Below are positions 1-8,517 of a stretch of 64,000 nucleotides of DNA, piece after piece (the first letter of the stretch is position 1; every line of letters begins with the position of its first letter). Under the pieces are notes generated by a model that made no database searches, was not told where the DNA came from, and was given only the letters and a program-made list of their open reading frames with translations. Source of the DNA: Candidatus Poseidoniaceae archaeon (GTDB lineage Archaea > Thermoplasmatota > Poseidoniia > Poseidoniales > Poseidoniaceae). The translations under genes and the position numbers were made by a program. The stretch is from assembly GCA_949372655.1 (NCBI GenBank), contig CASIAI010000005.1:3626-67625 (forward strand), given 5' to 3'.

Positions 1-1
1 C

Positions 2-196
2 GATAATGTAGGAGAAGCAAATACCACCGCAATTCTTGATCATATTAACAAGAGATTTAGATGGGGTGCGACGATGAACCAGCTAGGTAATGTTTTAGCA
101 CGTGACCGTAGGTTTGCTAAAGTTGGTTTTGATGAAGGTACTGACGTAGGTGGATTTCGAATGCGAGTATGTGTTTGGTCCAAAGTAACCGCTTGA
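2..196 (+). CDS. DUF3860-family winged-helix-like protein, 5'-truncated at window edge
   Basis: Not in ORF track. Frame 2 is open from the edge and reads DNVGEANTTAILDHINKRFRWGATMNQLGNVLARDRRFAKVG...VCVWSKVTA* (TGA 194-196). The NT.xIL.HIN...R.G.T..QLGNVL..D....KVG pattern matches DUF3860 as I remember it. Confidence 0.7.
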   Translation, partial: DNVGEANTTAILDHINKRFRWGATMNQLGNVLARDRRFAKVGFDEGTDVGGFRMRVCVWSKVTA

Positions 197-208
197 ATCA
201 AAGAAGTC

Positions 209-220
209 AAAACCTTTCAG
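209..220 (+). promoter_or_regulatory. Putative degenerate BRE/TATA element for a leaderless UbiA transcript
   Basis: AAAACCTTTCAG lies about 15-25 nt upstream of ATG 235; similar AACCTTT/AAGGTT elements recur upstream of other genes in the window. Confidence 0.3.
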
Positions 221-234
221 CCCCAGCCGTATAC

Positions 235-1113
235 ATGTCGGGTAAGGTTCGAGCATTTCTCGAACTGATGCGTTTGAAGAATGTATTTCTCGCTGCCATA
301 ACAGTACCCCTTGGAGCCCACTTTGCCATAGGAAATGAGTGGTTCGAGAACTATCTGCCAGAAGTACTGATTCAAACATTAGCCGTAATATTCTTTATTG
401 GTGCAGGAAATACCATGAATGACATAAAGGATTCAGAGATAGATAAAACAGCCCATCCAAATAGACCCATACCCTCGCAACGCATCGGTATCCATGAGGC
501 AAAAAAATTCACATGGGCTCTGTGGACATTGAGTATTACTTGCGTTCTGTTCGGTGTTTTTCGATTAAACAGTAATGATATGCAATGGCATCCATTGGTT
601 ATGATTTATGTTCTGGCAGTTGGTTTGATGATTAGCTATGACCACGGACCAAAAACCAAAGACTCAGGATTGATAGGAAATATTTCAATTTCCATAATGG
701 TAGGTGCAGTGATCCTTTACGGTGCCTCCAGCGTTGCCTCAATAACATCAACACTAGCATGGTGGACTGCAGGGGTCGTATTTTTTACAAATCTTGCAAG
801 AGAGATTATCAAAGATTGTCAAGATATGGAGTCAGATGAAGGTATTAGGAATACTATGCCAATGAAGCATGGACTAGCAAATTCCCGCATGGCTGCTTAT
901 GTGATAATCATGGCATCGCTTGTTTGCCTATACGTACCTTATTGGAAAGGTCCGTTTGAATTTGGACAAATCTTTTTCCAGATCCCTGCCATAATGACAT
1001 TGATAACTCTTAACCGTCCGCTCTATGAAGGCAAAGATGCTCTTGTAGCTGGTAGAATTAGAGCAGCAATGTTACTCGGTTTGATTGGATTTATCATACC
1101 GATGTATGTTTGA
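235..1113 (+). CDS. UbiA-family prenyltransferase, digeranylgeranylglyceryl-phosphate (DGGGP) synthase-like
   Basis: Motifs NTMNDIKDSEIDKTAHPNRPIPS and REIIKDCQDMESD; multiple TM helices. Start placed at ATG 235. Confidence 0.88.
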   Translation: MSGKVRAFLELMRLKNVFLAAITVPLGAHFAIGNEWFENYLPEVLIQTLAVIFFIGAGNTMNDIKDSEIDKTAHPNRPIPSQRIGIHEAKKFTWALWTLSITCVLFGVFRLNSNDMQWHPLVMIYVLAVGLMISYDHGPKTKDSGLIGNISISIMVGAVILYGASSVASITSTLAWWTAGVVFFTNLAREIIKDCQDMESDEGIRNTMPMKHGLANSRMAAYVIIMASLVCLYVPYWKGPFEFGQIFFQIPAIMTLITLNRPLYEGKDALVAGRIRAAMLLGLIGFIIPMYV

Positions 1114-2082
1114 TTATTCTAATCCCATAAATTCAGACATTGCTTCCCAAGCACCCTCTGAAACTAAGTAAGCAAGTAATGACATCTGAGCCCACATACG
1201 GTTTTCTGCTTGGTCAAATACGATTGAATGCTTATGGTCCATTACCCAATTAGTGACTTCATCGCCTCTATGAGCAGGTAAACAGTGCATGAATTTCCAA
1301 CTCTTATCCATGTTAGAAACTAATTCTTCATTAATTTGGAATCCCTCAAAAGATTTTATCTTATCTTTCAAATGTTCTTCACCCATGGAAATAAACACAT
1401 CGGTGTATACTACATGAGCATCGGTAACCGCTTCGACTGGGTCATTGGTTTGAACTACTGCGCTACCATTCTTCTCTGCCAAAGCATTGACTCTATCCAT
1501 TACCTCTTGGTCGGGCTCATATCCTTCAGGAATGGCGTAGTAAATGTCAATCCCAAGTATTGCACAGGCTAAAGCCAAATCGTGAAGTACGTTATTTCCA
1601 TCTCCGACCCAAGCAACTTTCAAACCTTCAATACTTTCGAAATGCTCCAGAACAGTCATTAGGTCAGCAGCAGACTGGCACGGATGGTGTTTATCTGAAA
1701 GTGCATTGATTACTGGAACTGTGGCGTGTTTTGCTAACTCTTCGACATCGGCGTGGGCATAACAACGATATGTCATGGCACCAAGAAATCGTGAAAGTAC
1801 CTGTGAGGTATCCCCTACAGTCTCTGACTTCCCTAGTTGAATGTCATTCTTAAGTAATGTTAGTGGATAACCTCCAAGACGGTTAATTCCTACTTCAAAG
1901 GAAACTCTAGTTCTAGTAGATGGCTTTTCGTAGATTGAGCCAACTGCGAGTGAGTCTAACGGGAAGAAGTTCATTGCGACTTCGTCTCCTTCCTTCCATA
2001 ATCGCTTAAATTCAATTGCCCATTTTAGAATTTTATGAAAATCCTCTTCTACATCATCAATCGCTAGTATATGCTTGACCAT
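1114..2082 (-). CDS. argF: Ornithine carbamoyltransferase
   Basis: KPSTRTR, HPCQ, GDGNNV, SMG and HCLP motifs. Confidence 0.93.
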   Translation of the reverse strand: MVKHILAIDDVEEDFHKILKWAIEFKRLWKEGDEVAMNFFPLDSLAVGSIYEKPSTRTRVSFEVGINRLGGYPLTLLKNDIQLGKSETVGDTSQVLSRFLGAMTYRCYAHADVEELAKHATVPVINALSDKHHPCQSAADLMTVLEHFESIEGLKVAWVGDGNNVLHDLALACAILGIDIYYAIPEGYEPDQEVMDRVNALAEKNGSAVVQTNDPVEAVTDAHVVYTDVFISMGEEHLKDKIKSFEGFQINEELVSNMDKSWKFMHCLPAHRGDEVTNWVMDHKHSIVFDQAENRMWAQMSLLAYLVSEGAWEAMSEFMGLE

Positions 2083-2136
2083 GAACCTTCCAAATGTAGA
2101 AGGCTTCTAAGATTTCTTGAAGATAAATATCCAGAA

Positions 2137-2961
2137 TTAATCTTTTTCGTGTTCAATATCTTGTGCAAAACCGTCTCTTGCATCGCCCATACCACCAAAT
2201 AATGCCTGAGCAAATGTCAAAACATCAGCAAGCCCATCTTCTAGTTCCGATGATAGTGGAGTCAAACCAGGTGCTTGTGAGAAATCTTGCATCATTCTTA
2301 GTTGATTGATAGCAAATTCAGTCCTTTGACCGCCTGCTTCATCATAGAGTGCCAGTTCTAATATCTCTAACCTCTCAGACCATTCTAAGATCTTAGCAAG
2401 TTCATCTTCATCTAATAAATCTGATTTCGATAAGAAATTCTTGGTTGGAAGGCCAAGCCTAAATTCTACAATACTAGATAGTAACATCTGCGAAACAAAA
2501 CCTGAAGGGGAACGTGAAAGCATTGGGTCAAAAAGATAAATTATTGCAGACTGTTCTCTGCCAAGGACTTCTATCAAATGATTACTCGCTTCTCTAAATG
2601 CGAATAATTCAACTTGTCCTGGTGTATCTACAATCATTACTTCTCCAGAGAGGGCGTGTAGTTGATCTGCAACATCGCCAGCTTGGGCTGCCAAAAGATC
2701 CGCAGCTAATATTTGAGCACCATTAGGACCCAAATCATATTCTGACATTACTTCGGTTAGAGAAATTAAATCTCTAACATCAAATTCTGCATCATAGTGA
2801 ACTCTTTCTGCCCCTGGGTCTAAATTTACCGCAATTGCATCGGTTTCAAGAAAGCGTGACCATCTTTGAAAAGCAGTTACTAAAGAAGATTTACCAGCAC
2901 CTGCAGTACCTACAACAAACAAAACGGGTGGTGACCCACTATCCATACCGACCATGTCCAA
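2137..2961 (-). CDS. GPN-loop GTPase
   Basis: Walker A GTAGAGKSS, NLDPG, LGPNGA (GPN loop), DTPGQVELF, SKSD. Confidence 0.92.
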   Translation of the reverse strand: MDMVGMDSGSPPVLFVVGTAGAGKSSLVTAFQRWSRFLETDAIAVNLDPGAERVHYDAEFDVRDLISLTEVMSEYDLGPNGAQILAADLLAAQAGDVADQLHALSGEVMIVDTPGQVELFAFREASNHLIEVLGREQSAIIYLFDPMLSRSPSGFVSQMLLSSIVEFRLGLPTKNFLSKSDLLDEDELAKILEWSERLEILELALYDEAGGQRTEFAINQLRMMQDFSQAPGLTPLSSELEDGLADVLTFAQALFGGMGDARDGFAQDIEHEKD

Positions 2962-3025
2962 TCCTCCGACTCACCATAAATCAAGTTCACCGTTAAAACA
3001 TAGTATTTTACTGTTATAATCTCTA

Positions 3026-3043
3026 TTTTTAATTAAACCTTTG
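3026..3043 (-). promoter_or_regulatory. Putative BRE/TATA for the GPN GTPase in a divergent promoter region
   Basis: Minus strand reads CAAAGGTTTAATTAAAAA about 65 nt upstream of the GPN start; the overlapping plus-strand AAACCTTTGAG could serve the divergent 3114 gene. Confidence 0.4.
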
Positions 3044-3113
3044 AGCATAACGGTTATGTGCTATGCATCAATGGGCGAACTGGCGCATTGTGTTTATGCG
3101 CGGAGGAATTGAA

Positions 3114-6100
3114 ATGACTGATGATAAACCACCTATGCCTGAGATGCCACCTATGCCACCTATGCCGCCTATGAATGCACCACCTGCGCCGCCGGGTATG
3201 CCGCCTATGGACGCACCACCTGCACCGCCGGGTATGCCTCCTATGCCTGGTATGCCACCTATGGACGCACCACCTGCAATGCCTCCAATGCCTGGTATGC
3301 CTCCTATGGACGCACCACCTGCACCACCTATGCCTGGTATGCCTCCTATGGACGCACCACCTGCACCTCCTATGCCTGGTATGCCTCCTATGGACGCACC
3401 ACCTGCACCTCCTATGCCTGATATGCCTGGTATGCCTCCTATGGACGCACCACCTGCACCTCCTATGCCTGATATGCCTGGTATGCCTCCTATGGACGCA
3501 CCACCTGCACCTCCTATGCCTGATATGCCTGGTATGCCTCCTATGGACGCACCACCTGCACCTCCTATGCCTGATATGCCTGGTATGCCTCCTATGGACG
3601 CACCACCTGCACCTCCTATGCCTGATATGCCTGGTATGCCTCCTATGGACGCACCACCTGCACCTCCTATGCCTGATATGCCTGGTATGCCTCCTATGGA
3701 CGCACCACCTGCACCTCCAATGCCTGATATGCCTGGTATGCCTCCTATGGACGCACCACCTGCACCTCCTATGCCTGGTATGCCTCCTATGGACGCACCA
3801 CCTGCACCTCCTGAAATGGAAGAAGATGGTGAAACACAAGGTGATTCTGTATTGATGACTGATCTCTCTGCTCCACTCGCACCTCCTATGCCAGATATGC
3901 CTCCTATGGACGCTCCACCTGCACCTCCTATGCCACCTATGGATGCTCCACCGGCACCACCTGAAATGCCACCTATGCCTCCAATAGAAGAATCATCGGC
4001 TGCTGATGTATTGCTGGCACCACCTGCACCTGATGCATTACTAGCGCCACCGGCACCACCTGCACCTGATGCATTACTAGCGCCACCGGCACCACCTGCT
4101 CCTGACGCATTACTAGCGCCACCGGCACCACCTGCTCCTGATGCATTACTAGCGCCACCAGCACCACCTGAAACTTTGGAAGGAGATTCTGAGGAAACTG
4201 AAGATATGGCACCTGATGAACAAATCGGAGAACAAGCCGGAGCAACTATTCGTTCTAGAGCTGAGGTTGATGAAGTACCTGGTGACAAACTCGAAGGTTC
4301 TCTTCATGAAATTGAAAAGTCTACATTAAGCAGTGACGGAGAGATAGTCAAGCAATCTGTCAAGGGTACTCTGACAATTAATAATCCATCTACAGATGAT
4401 AGAATTTATGATATTGACGTAATTCTAGACAATGCTGATTCAACTGATATTGGTGGAGACCATGTATCTGTTGATGAATTAGAGGCTGGTAAGAAATACA
4501 GTATGAAGTATAAGGTCGATGGGATGAGAATGCTTGTTCTACGTGAACACTTAGATACCAACCCTGCACGCTCCCAAGAGCGCTCATTATCTGTTGCTAA
4601 TGGACCTGAAGGAGGTCCTCTTGCATTAGAGATTGAAGTTGAAAACGTTTCAAATGTTACAATTGATAATGTCGAAGTTACAAGACCAATCCCTAGTGAA
4701 ATGTCGTTTGAGAACTCCGGCGCTGCAGTAATTGAAGGCGATACTATGAACTGGTCGGTAGGCAGCCTATCGGCTGGAGAGAAAAAGACTCTTTCAGTTG
4801 AAGGGAAAATCACAGTTACAGGAACTAAGACAATCAATGCTGGATCTGCATCTGCAAGTTATACTGCTAATTCTACTCTATCGAGTTTGAATTTCAGAGA
4901 ACTCGATGCGTTCTGCCGAGGATTTACCTACATGCGTGTTCGTGAAGATGAGAGACCAGACAACTGGGTTTGTAAAACAATATTCGAGAACCGTTCCTCT
5001 TTCGCTGTGGACTTGGTAAAACTCCAGGTTACAATGAAGGGAAGTAATGAGTTATTGTTTGATATTTCTGATGTCGATGATGATGTATTACCTAACGGAA
5101 AATGGGAATCGGAAGAAAGAACTGTTGAAGCAACTTCAGAACCTGATTTCACATATGACTTATCATATACGATTCTTCCAAGAGCAGTCCGCTCTACTGA
5201 AGGTTCAATATCTCTTGAAGAGAGTTCCTTTGACATCCTTGAAGCCGATGTTGAAAAGAAGTATTCAACTACTGGACTTCGCTCATATAGAAGTCAAAAA
5301 GTTGGAGCGTCATTGAAACTTACAAATTCTGGTTCGTCCACTATAAATTTGATGAGAGTTACTGACGATGTGCCTGGTTTGTTTGAAGCACCTGACCTCG
5401 AATCGATGAAAATTAGTATCGGTGGTAAAGAACTTGACCCAGAACAATACAAGGCTGAAGTTAGTGCTGGAATTACTCTAGAGAAGGAACACCGCTCACC
5501 TGATGGCGATGGACACACCCTAACTCTTACCATTGGTACCAGAGGACCACTCGGTTTGTCCGCAGGTGAAGAGATTTCTATCGATTACGACCTGATTGCA
5601 CCAGACCCATCTCCTGATAACAAGATGGTAGTCGCACCGCTACGTACAGAATTCAGTGCGGAAAGATTCGGACCTGTATGCTCAAGAGACTGTAGTAACC
5701 CACCTTCATTGAAGGTGATTCACCACAGAAGAGACTTCTCTGCAGGTAAGCAAGCAATTCCTCTAGGTGGAAAGGGTAGATACGAAGTATTGATTCTATT
5801 CGAGAATAATGGAGATACTGCTTTACAAGACGTTTTCATCAATGATGTAATACCTTCAAACTTTGAAATCAAAGATTGGCATATTAAAGGAACTGGTGGA
5901 AAGCGTGAAGATTGCGAAATGACCAGTGAAGATGGCGATGATGGCTCTCATGTAAGTTGGATGGTCCCAATTGTTGGAAAGAATGAGAGAGTTGAAGTTT
6001 CCTTCGAAATCAAGGGCTCTGGAGAAGTTGATGCTGAAGCACTAAATAGATTCCACGGAGTACACTTTGGAGATGAAGTTGAAACTGAAGACGTTCCAAG

Positions 6101-6512
6101 TTTAGAACAGGAAACAGTCGAAGAAGTAGAATCAGAGGAAACTGCTGAAGTCGATGATGTCGTTGAAGAAGATTCACCAAAGGTTACTTGGAGAGAGGAT
6201 GTATTACTTCGTGTAATGAAGGCTAATGGTATAGAAGACCGTGATGCATTTGTTGCTCATGCTGTTAACTTTGACCATGATGACAATGGATACTTGAAGA
6301 AGGCTGAAATTGAAGATGCTGCGAATGCATGGAATGAAATGAATTCAGATGAAACTACTGAAGAATCAGAAACTGTGGAAGAAGTTGTTGAAGCAGAAGA
6401 AGAATCGGTTACAGCGGATTCTTCAGAAAGTGACAAGGTTTGTCCGATTTGTACAACAAAGAATTCATCTGATGCTGCTATATGCAGTGCATGCGAGTAC
6501 GTTTTTGAGTGA
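3114..6512 (+). CDS. Large cytoplasmic protein: Pro/Met-rich disordered N-terminus, putative mu-homology-like beta-sandwich region, further DUF11/Ig-like domains, EF-hand-like motif, C-terminal Zn ribbon
   Basis: SD GGAGG at 3102-3106 before ATG 3114; no signal peptide or TM segment; DHDDNGYLKKAE EF-hand-like loop; C-terminal CPIC-x10-CSAC. The CDS is certain, the domain calls are inference. Confidence 0.85.
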   Translation: MTDDKPPMPEMPPMPPMPPMNAPPAPPGMPPMDAPPAPPGMPPMPGMPPMDAPPAMPPMPGMPPMDAPPAPPMPGMPPMDAPPAPPMPGMPPMDAPPAPPMPDMPGMPPMDAPPAPPMPDMPGMPPMDAPPAPPMPDMPGMPPMDAPPAPPMPDMPGMPPMDAPPAPPMPDMPGMPPMDAPPAPPMPDMPGMPPMDAPPAPPMPDMPGMPPMDAPPAPPMPGMPPMDAPPAPPEMEEDGETQGDSVLMTDLSAPLAPPMPDMPPMDAPPAPPMPPMDAPPAPPEMPPMPPIEESSAADVLLAPPAPDALLAPPAPPAPDALLAPPAPPAPDALLAPPAPPAPDALLAPPAPPETLEGDSEETEDMAPDEQIGEQAGATIRSRAEVDEVPGDKLEGSLHEIEKSTLSSDGEIVKQSVKGTLTINNPSTDDRIYDIDVILDNADSTDIGGDHVSVDELEAGKKYSMKYKVDGMRMLVLREHLDTNPARSQERSLSVANGPEGGPLALEIEVENVSNVTIDNVEVTRPIPSEMSFENSGAAVIEGDTMNWSVGSLSAGEKKTLSVEGKITVTGTKTINAGSASASYTANSTLSSLNFRELDAFCRGFTYMRVREDERPDNWVCKTIFENRSSFAVDLVKLQVTMKGSNELLFDISDVDDDVLPNGKWESEERTVEATSEPDFTYDLSYTILPRAVRSTEGSISLEESSFDILEADVEKKYSTTGLRSYRSQKVGASLKLTNSGSSTINLMRVTDDVPGLFEAPDLESMKISIGGKELDPEQYKAEVSAGITLEKEHRSPDGDGHTLTLTIGTRGPLGLSAGEEISIDYDLIAPDPSPDNKMVVAPLRTEFSAERFGPVCSRDCSNPPSLKVIHHRRDFSAGKQAIPLGGKGRYEVLILFENNGDTALQDVFINDVIPSNFEIKDWHIKGTGGKREDCEMTSEDGDDGSHVSWMVPIVGKNERVEVSFEIKGSGEVDAEALNRFHGVHFGDEVETEDVPSLEQETVEEVESEETAEVDDVVEEDSPKVTWREDVLLRVMKANGIEDRDAFVAHAVNFDHDDNGYLKKAEIEDAANAWNEMNSDETTEESETVEEVVEAEEESVTADSSESDKVCPICTTKNSSDAAICSACEYVFE
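3166..3812 (+). repeat. Intragenic tandem repeat of 42/51-bp units encoding (MPD)MPGMPPMDAPPAPP
   Basis: Seven near-identical 51-bp units start at about 3413, 3464, 3515, 3566, 3617, 3668 and 3719, flanked by 42-bp variants lacking ATGCCTGAT. Confidence 0.97.
4029..4170 (+). repeat. Intragenic tandem repeat, 4 x 36 bp encoding PDALLAPPAPPA
   Basis: CCTGATGCATTACTAGCGCCACCGGCACCACCTGC(A/T) repeated four times, the last copy slightly truncated. Confidence 0.95.
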
Positions 6513-6514
6513 AA

Positions 6515-6934
6515 TCATTGGGGTAAGACCCATTGAGGCCAGAACTCATTTTCCGAAGAAGAACTTACTATGACTAGAGTAGGTCTATCAAGTTGGGAAA
6601 GAAATTGATCTAGTGGTATTGGGGTTGATGGAGGGATTACTCCATCCCGAAGATCTACTGCTAACCAAGCACCAGGATATTGTTCCATCCATGCATCAAG
6701 TTCAGCTACAATTCCTTGTGGGGGAACACCTTGACGGACACTGGCAATATAATCCCAACCAGAAGGACATCGTCTAGGCTCATCTGTCCACATGAAGACT
6801 CTAGGTTGTGACTTTAGTATTGCCATCTGTTCGATCGCTTCAAGTTCCGTAACACAAACTGGTTGGAAGGGCATAGGCATTGGTAATGGGTATCGCCAAT
6901 TAGCATCTACCTCAAGTGGTTGTTTGCGTCTCAT
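6515..6934 (-). CDS. Hypothetical protein
   Basis: 139-aa ORF fills the gap convergent to the 3114 gene; no recognised motif. Confidence 0.7.
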   Translation of the reverse strand: MRRKQPLEVDANWRYPLPMPMPFQPVCVTELEAIEQMAILKSQPRVFMWTDEPRRCPSGWDYIASVRQGVPPQGIVAELDAWMEQYPGAWLAVDLRDGVIPPSTPIPLDQFLSQLDRPTLVIVSSSSENEFWPQWVLPQ

Positions 6935-7046
6935 GTATTACCCGTAAGGGGTTCACCGTTTCAAACTCACCCATAACAGTTCATTTACAGATTTTGAGGT
7001 AATTTTGAACCCAACATTGATGCCCTCTATGCTCTGCCCATCACCT

Positions 7047-7982
7047 ATGTCAAGTGGGAATAACCCCCCTCCACCTCAGCCGCCCGGCGGTTCGATGATG
7101 ATGATGCTCATGATTATGGTCTTGATGACCCTATTGATTATGAATCCTGGAATCAGAGGAACTTTGGGTGGAATTGCAGACCCTGTTTTGTCTCCAGTAC
7201 TTCCTGAAGAAACGTATTTCATCGTAACTGTTCTAATGCTTGGTTCTTTTTCAATGCTGATGAATACTATACTTCGAAGTTTCTTCCAAGACCCCATTGC
7301 ACAAGCTCATATCGGTCACCGACAAGGACAAGTCCGAAGAATGATGAATGATGCAAGGATGTCTCGAGACCCTATTCTTCAAGAAAAGGCAACTCTACTT
7401 CAACAGCAAATGATGCCAGAGCAACTTAAGATGCAAATGGGTGCCATGAAGCCTATGATGTTTACAATGGTAATTATTATTGGACTATTCTCTTGGTTAA
7501 CAACTGCAGTGGAATCATTTAGAGTGGATTATGTTTCATTGCCTTGGGCGTCAGAATGGAATCTATTATCTGATAAATTTCTTTTCTTCCCCGCATGGAT
7601 ATGTGCCTACATCTGTATGAGTGCACCTCTAGGAAGAATTGTCGATAGGCACATAAAACTGTTCAGATATCGTTCTCACCCACTTGTTGTTGCTGGTGAT
7701 AAATTGAAAGAGCCACTTCTACATCTAGTGGCAGGACAAGCCAAGAAAGTTGATGAAAATGCTAAGCGAAGAAGACAGCGTAGTAAGTCAAACTCAAATA
7801 AAAGTAAGAATAATCGAAAGAACTCAACTAAATCGGCATCCGATTCAAAAGATTCTATTGATTCTGCCTCGACTTACTCTAGCGCTGAAGGATTAGAATG
7901 TCCAAAGTGCGGTTGTGATATAATCACAAAGAGTGGCCCCCGAGATAAGAAGTGTACAGTTTGTCGACATAAATGGGTGTGA
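7047..7982 (+). CDS. DUF106/EMC3-TMCO1 (Oxa1-superfamily) membrane protein with C-terminal basic linker and Zn ribbon
   Basis: TM, Q/M-rich coiled coil, MKPMMFTMVIIIGLFSWL, then AWICAYICMS; position upstream of cmk and cbf5 is the usual archaeal context; CPKC-x13-CTVC tail. Confidence 0.85.
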   Translation: MSSGNNPPPPQPPGGSMMMMLMIMVLMTLLIMNPGIRGTLGGIADPVLSPVLPEETYFIVTVLMLGSFSMLMNTILRSFFQDPIAQAHIGHRQGQVRRMMNDARMSRDPILQEKATLLQQQMMPEQLKMQMGAMKPMMFTMVIIIGLFSWLTTAVESFRVDYVSLPWASEWNLLSDKFLFFPAWICAYICMSAPLGRIVDRHIKLFRYRSHPLVVAGDKLKEPLLHLVAGQAKKVDENAKRRRQRSKSNSNKSKNNRKNSTKSASDSKDSIDSASTYSSAEGLECPKCGCDIITKSGPRDKKCTVCRHKWV

Positions 7983-7984
7983 AT

Positions 7985-8515
7985 ATGCCCAAAATAACCA
8001 TATCAGGTCATCCTGGTAGCGGTACAAGTTCCCTAGTAAGGAAATTGATGGAACACTTCAATTGGAATTCTGTTAATGGTGGACAAATCTTTAGAGATGA
8101 AGCAAAGGTAAGAAATCTCTCATTATCTGAATTTGGAAAGTTGTGTAGTGAAGACGAAATGGTAGACCGACAATTAGATGAAAAACTCAAGAACCTAATT
8201 TCTGAGAATGAAATCGAGATAATTGAGTCGAGATTGTCGGGCTGGTGGGCATATAAATTAGAAGCCAAATGTATTCGCCTATGGCTTGACGTAACCGATG
8301 AAGAAAGAGCGAATCGAGTAGTTATGCGAGAAGGGGTCTCATTTGAGCAGGCCCTAAAGGAAAATAGCGAAAGAGCAGATATTGATTTTCAACGATATGA
8401 GAGCATGTATGGCTTAAATCCAGAGCATAAGGAACCATACACACATGTAGTGGATGCAACACACATTGGAATAGACGAAGTGTTTTCGTTGACTCTAGAA
8501 ATTTTGGAGGGATAA
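7985..8515 (+). CDS. cmk: Cytidylate kinase
   Basis: ITISGHPGSGTSS Walker A, GGQIFR, ESRLSGW; DUF106-cmk-cbf5 synteny. Confidence 0.9.
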   Translation: MPKITISGHPGSGTSSLVRKLMEHFNWNSVNGGQIFRDEAKVRNLSLSEFGKLCSEDEMVDRQLDEKLKNLISENEIEIIESRLSGWWAYKLEAKCIRLWLDVTDEERANRVVMREGVSFEQALKENSERADIDFQRYESMYGLNPEHKEPYTHVVDATHIGIDEVFSLTLEILEG

Positions 8516-8517
8516 TT

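Noticed and set aside
3413-3770. Regularly spaced repeats resembling a CRISPR array
   Set aside because: The units are contiguous with no unique spacers, are multiples of three and lie inside a CDS; no cas genes are present.
3054-4288. Long alternative-frame ORFs 3054-3839 (-, HRRC repeats), 3068-4288 (-, GGI repeats) and 3175-3855 (+, HHL/CL repeats)
   Set aside because: Shadows of the stop-free Pro/Met tandem repeat; only the 3114 frame has an SD and continues into globular domains.
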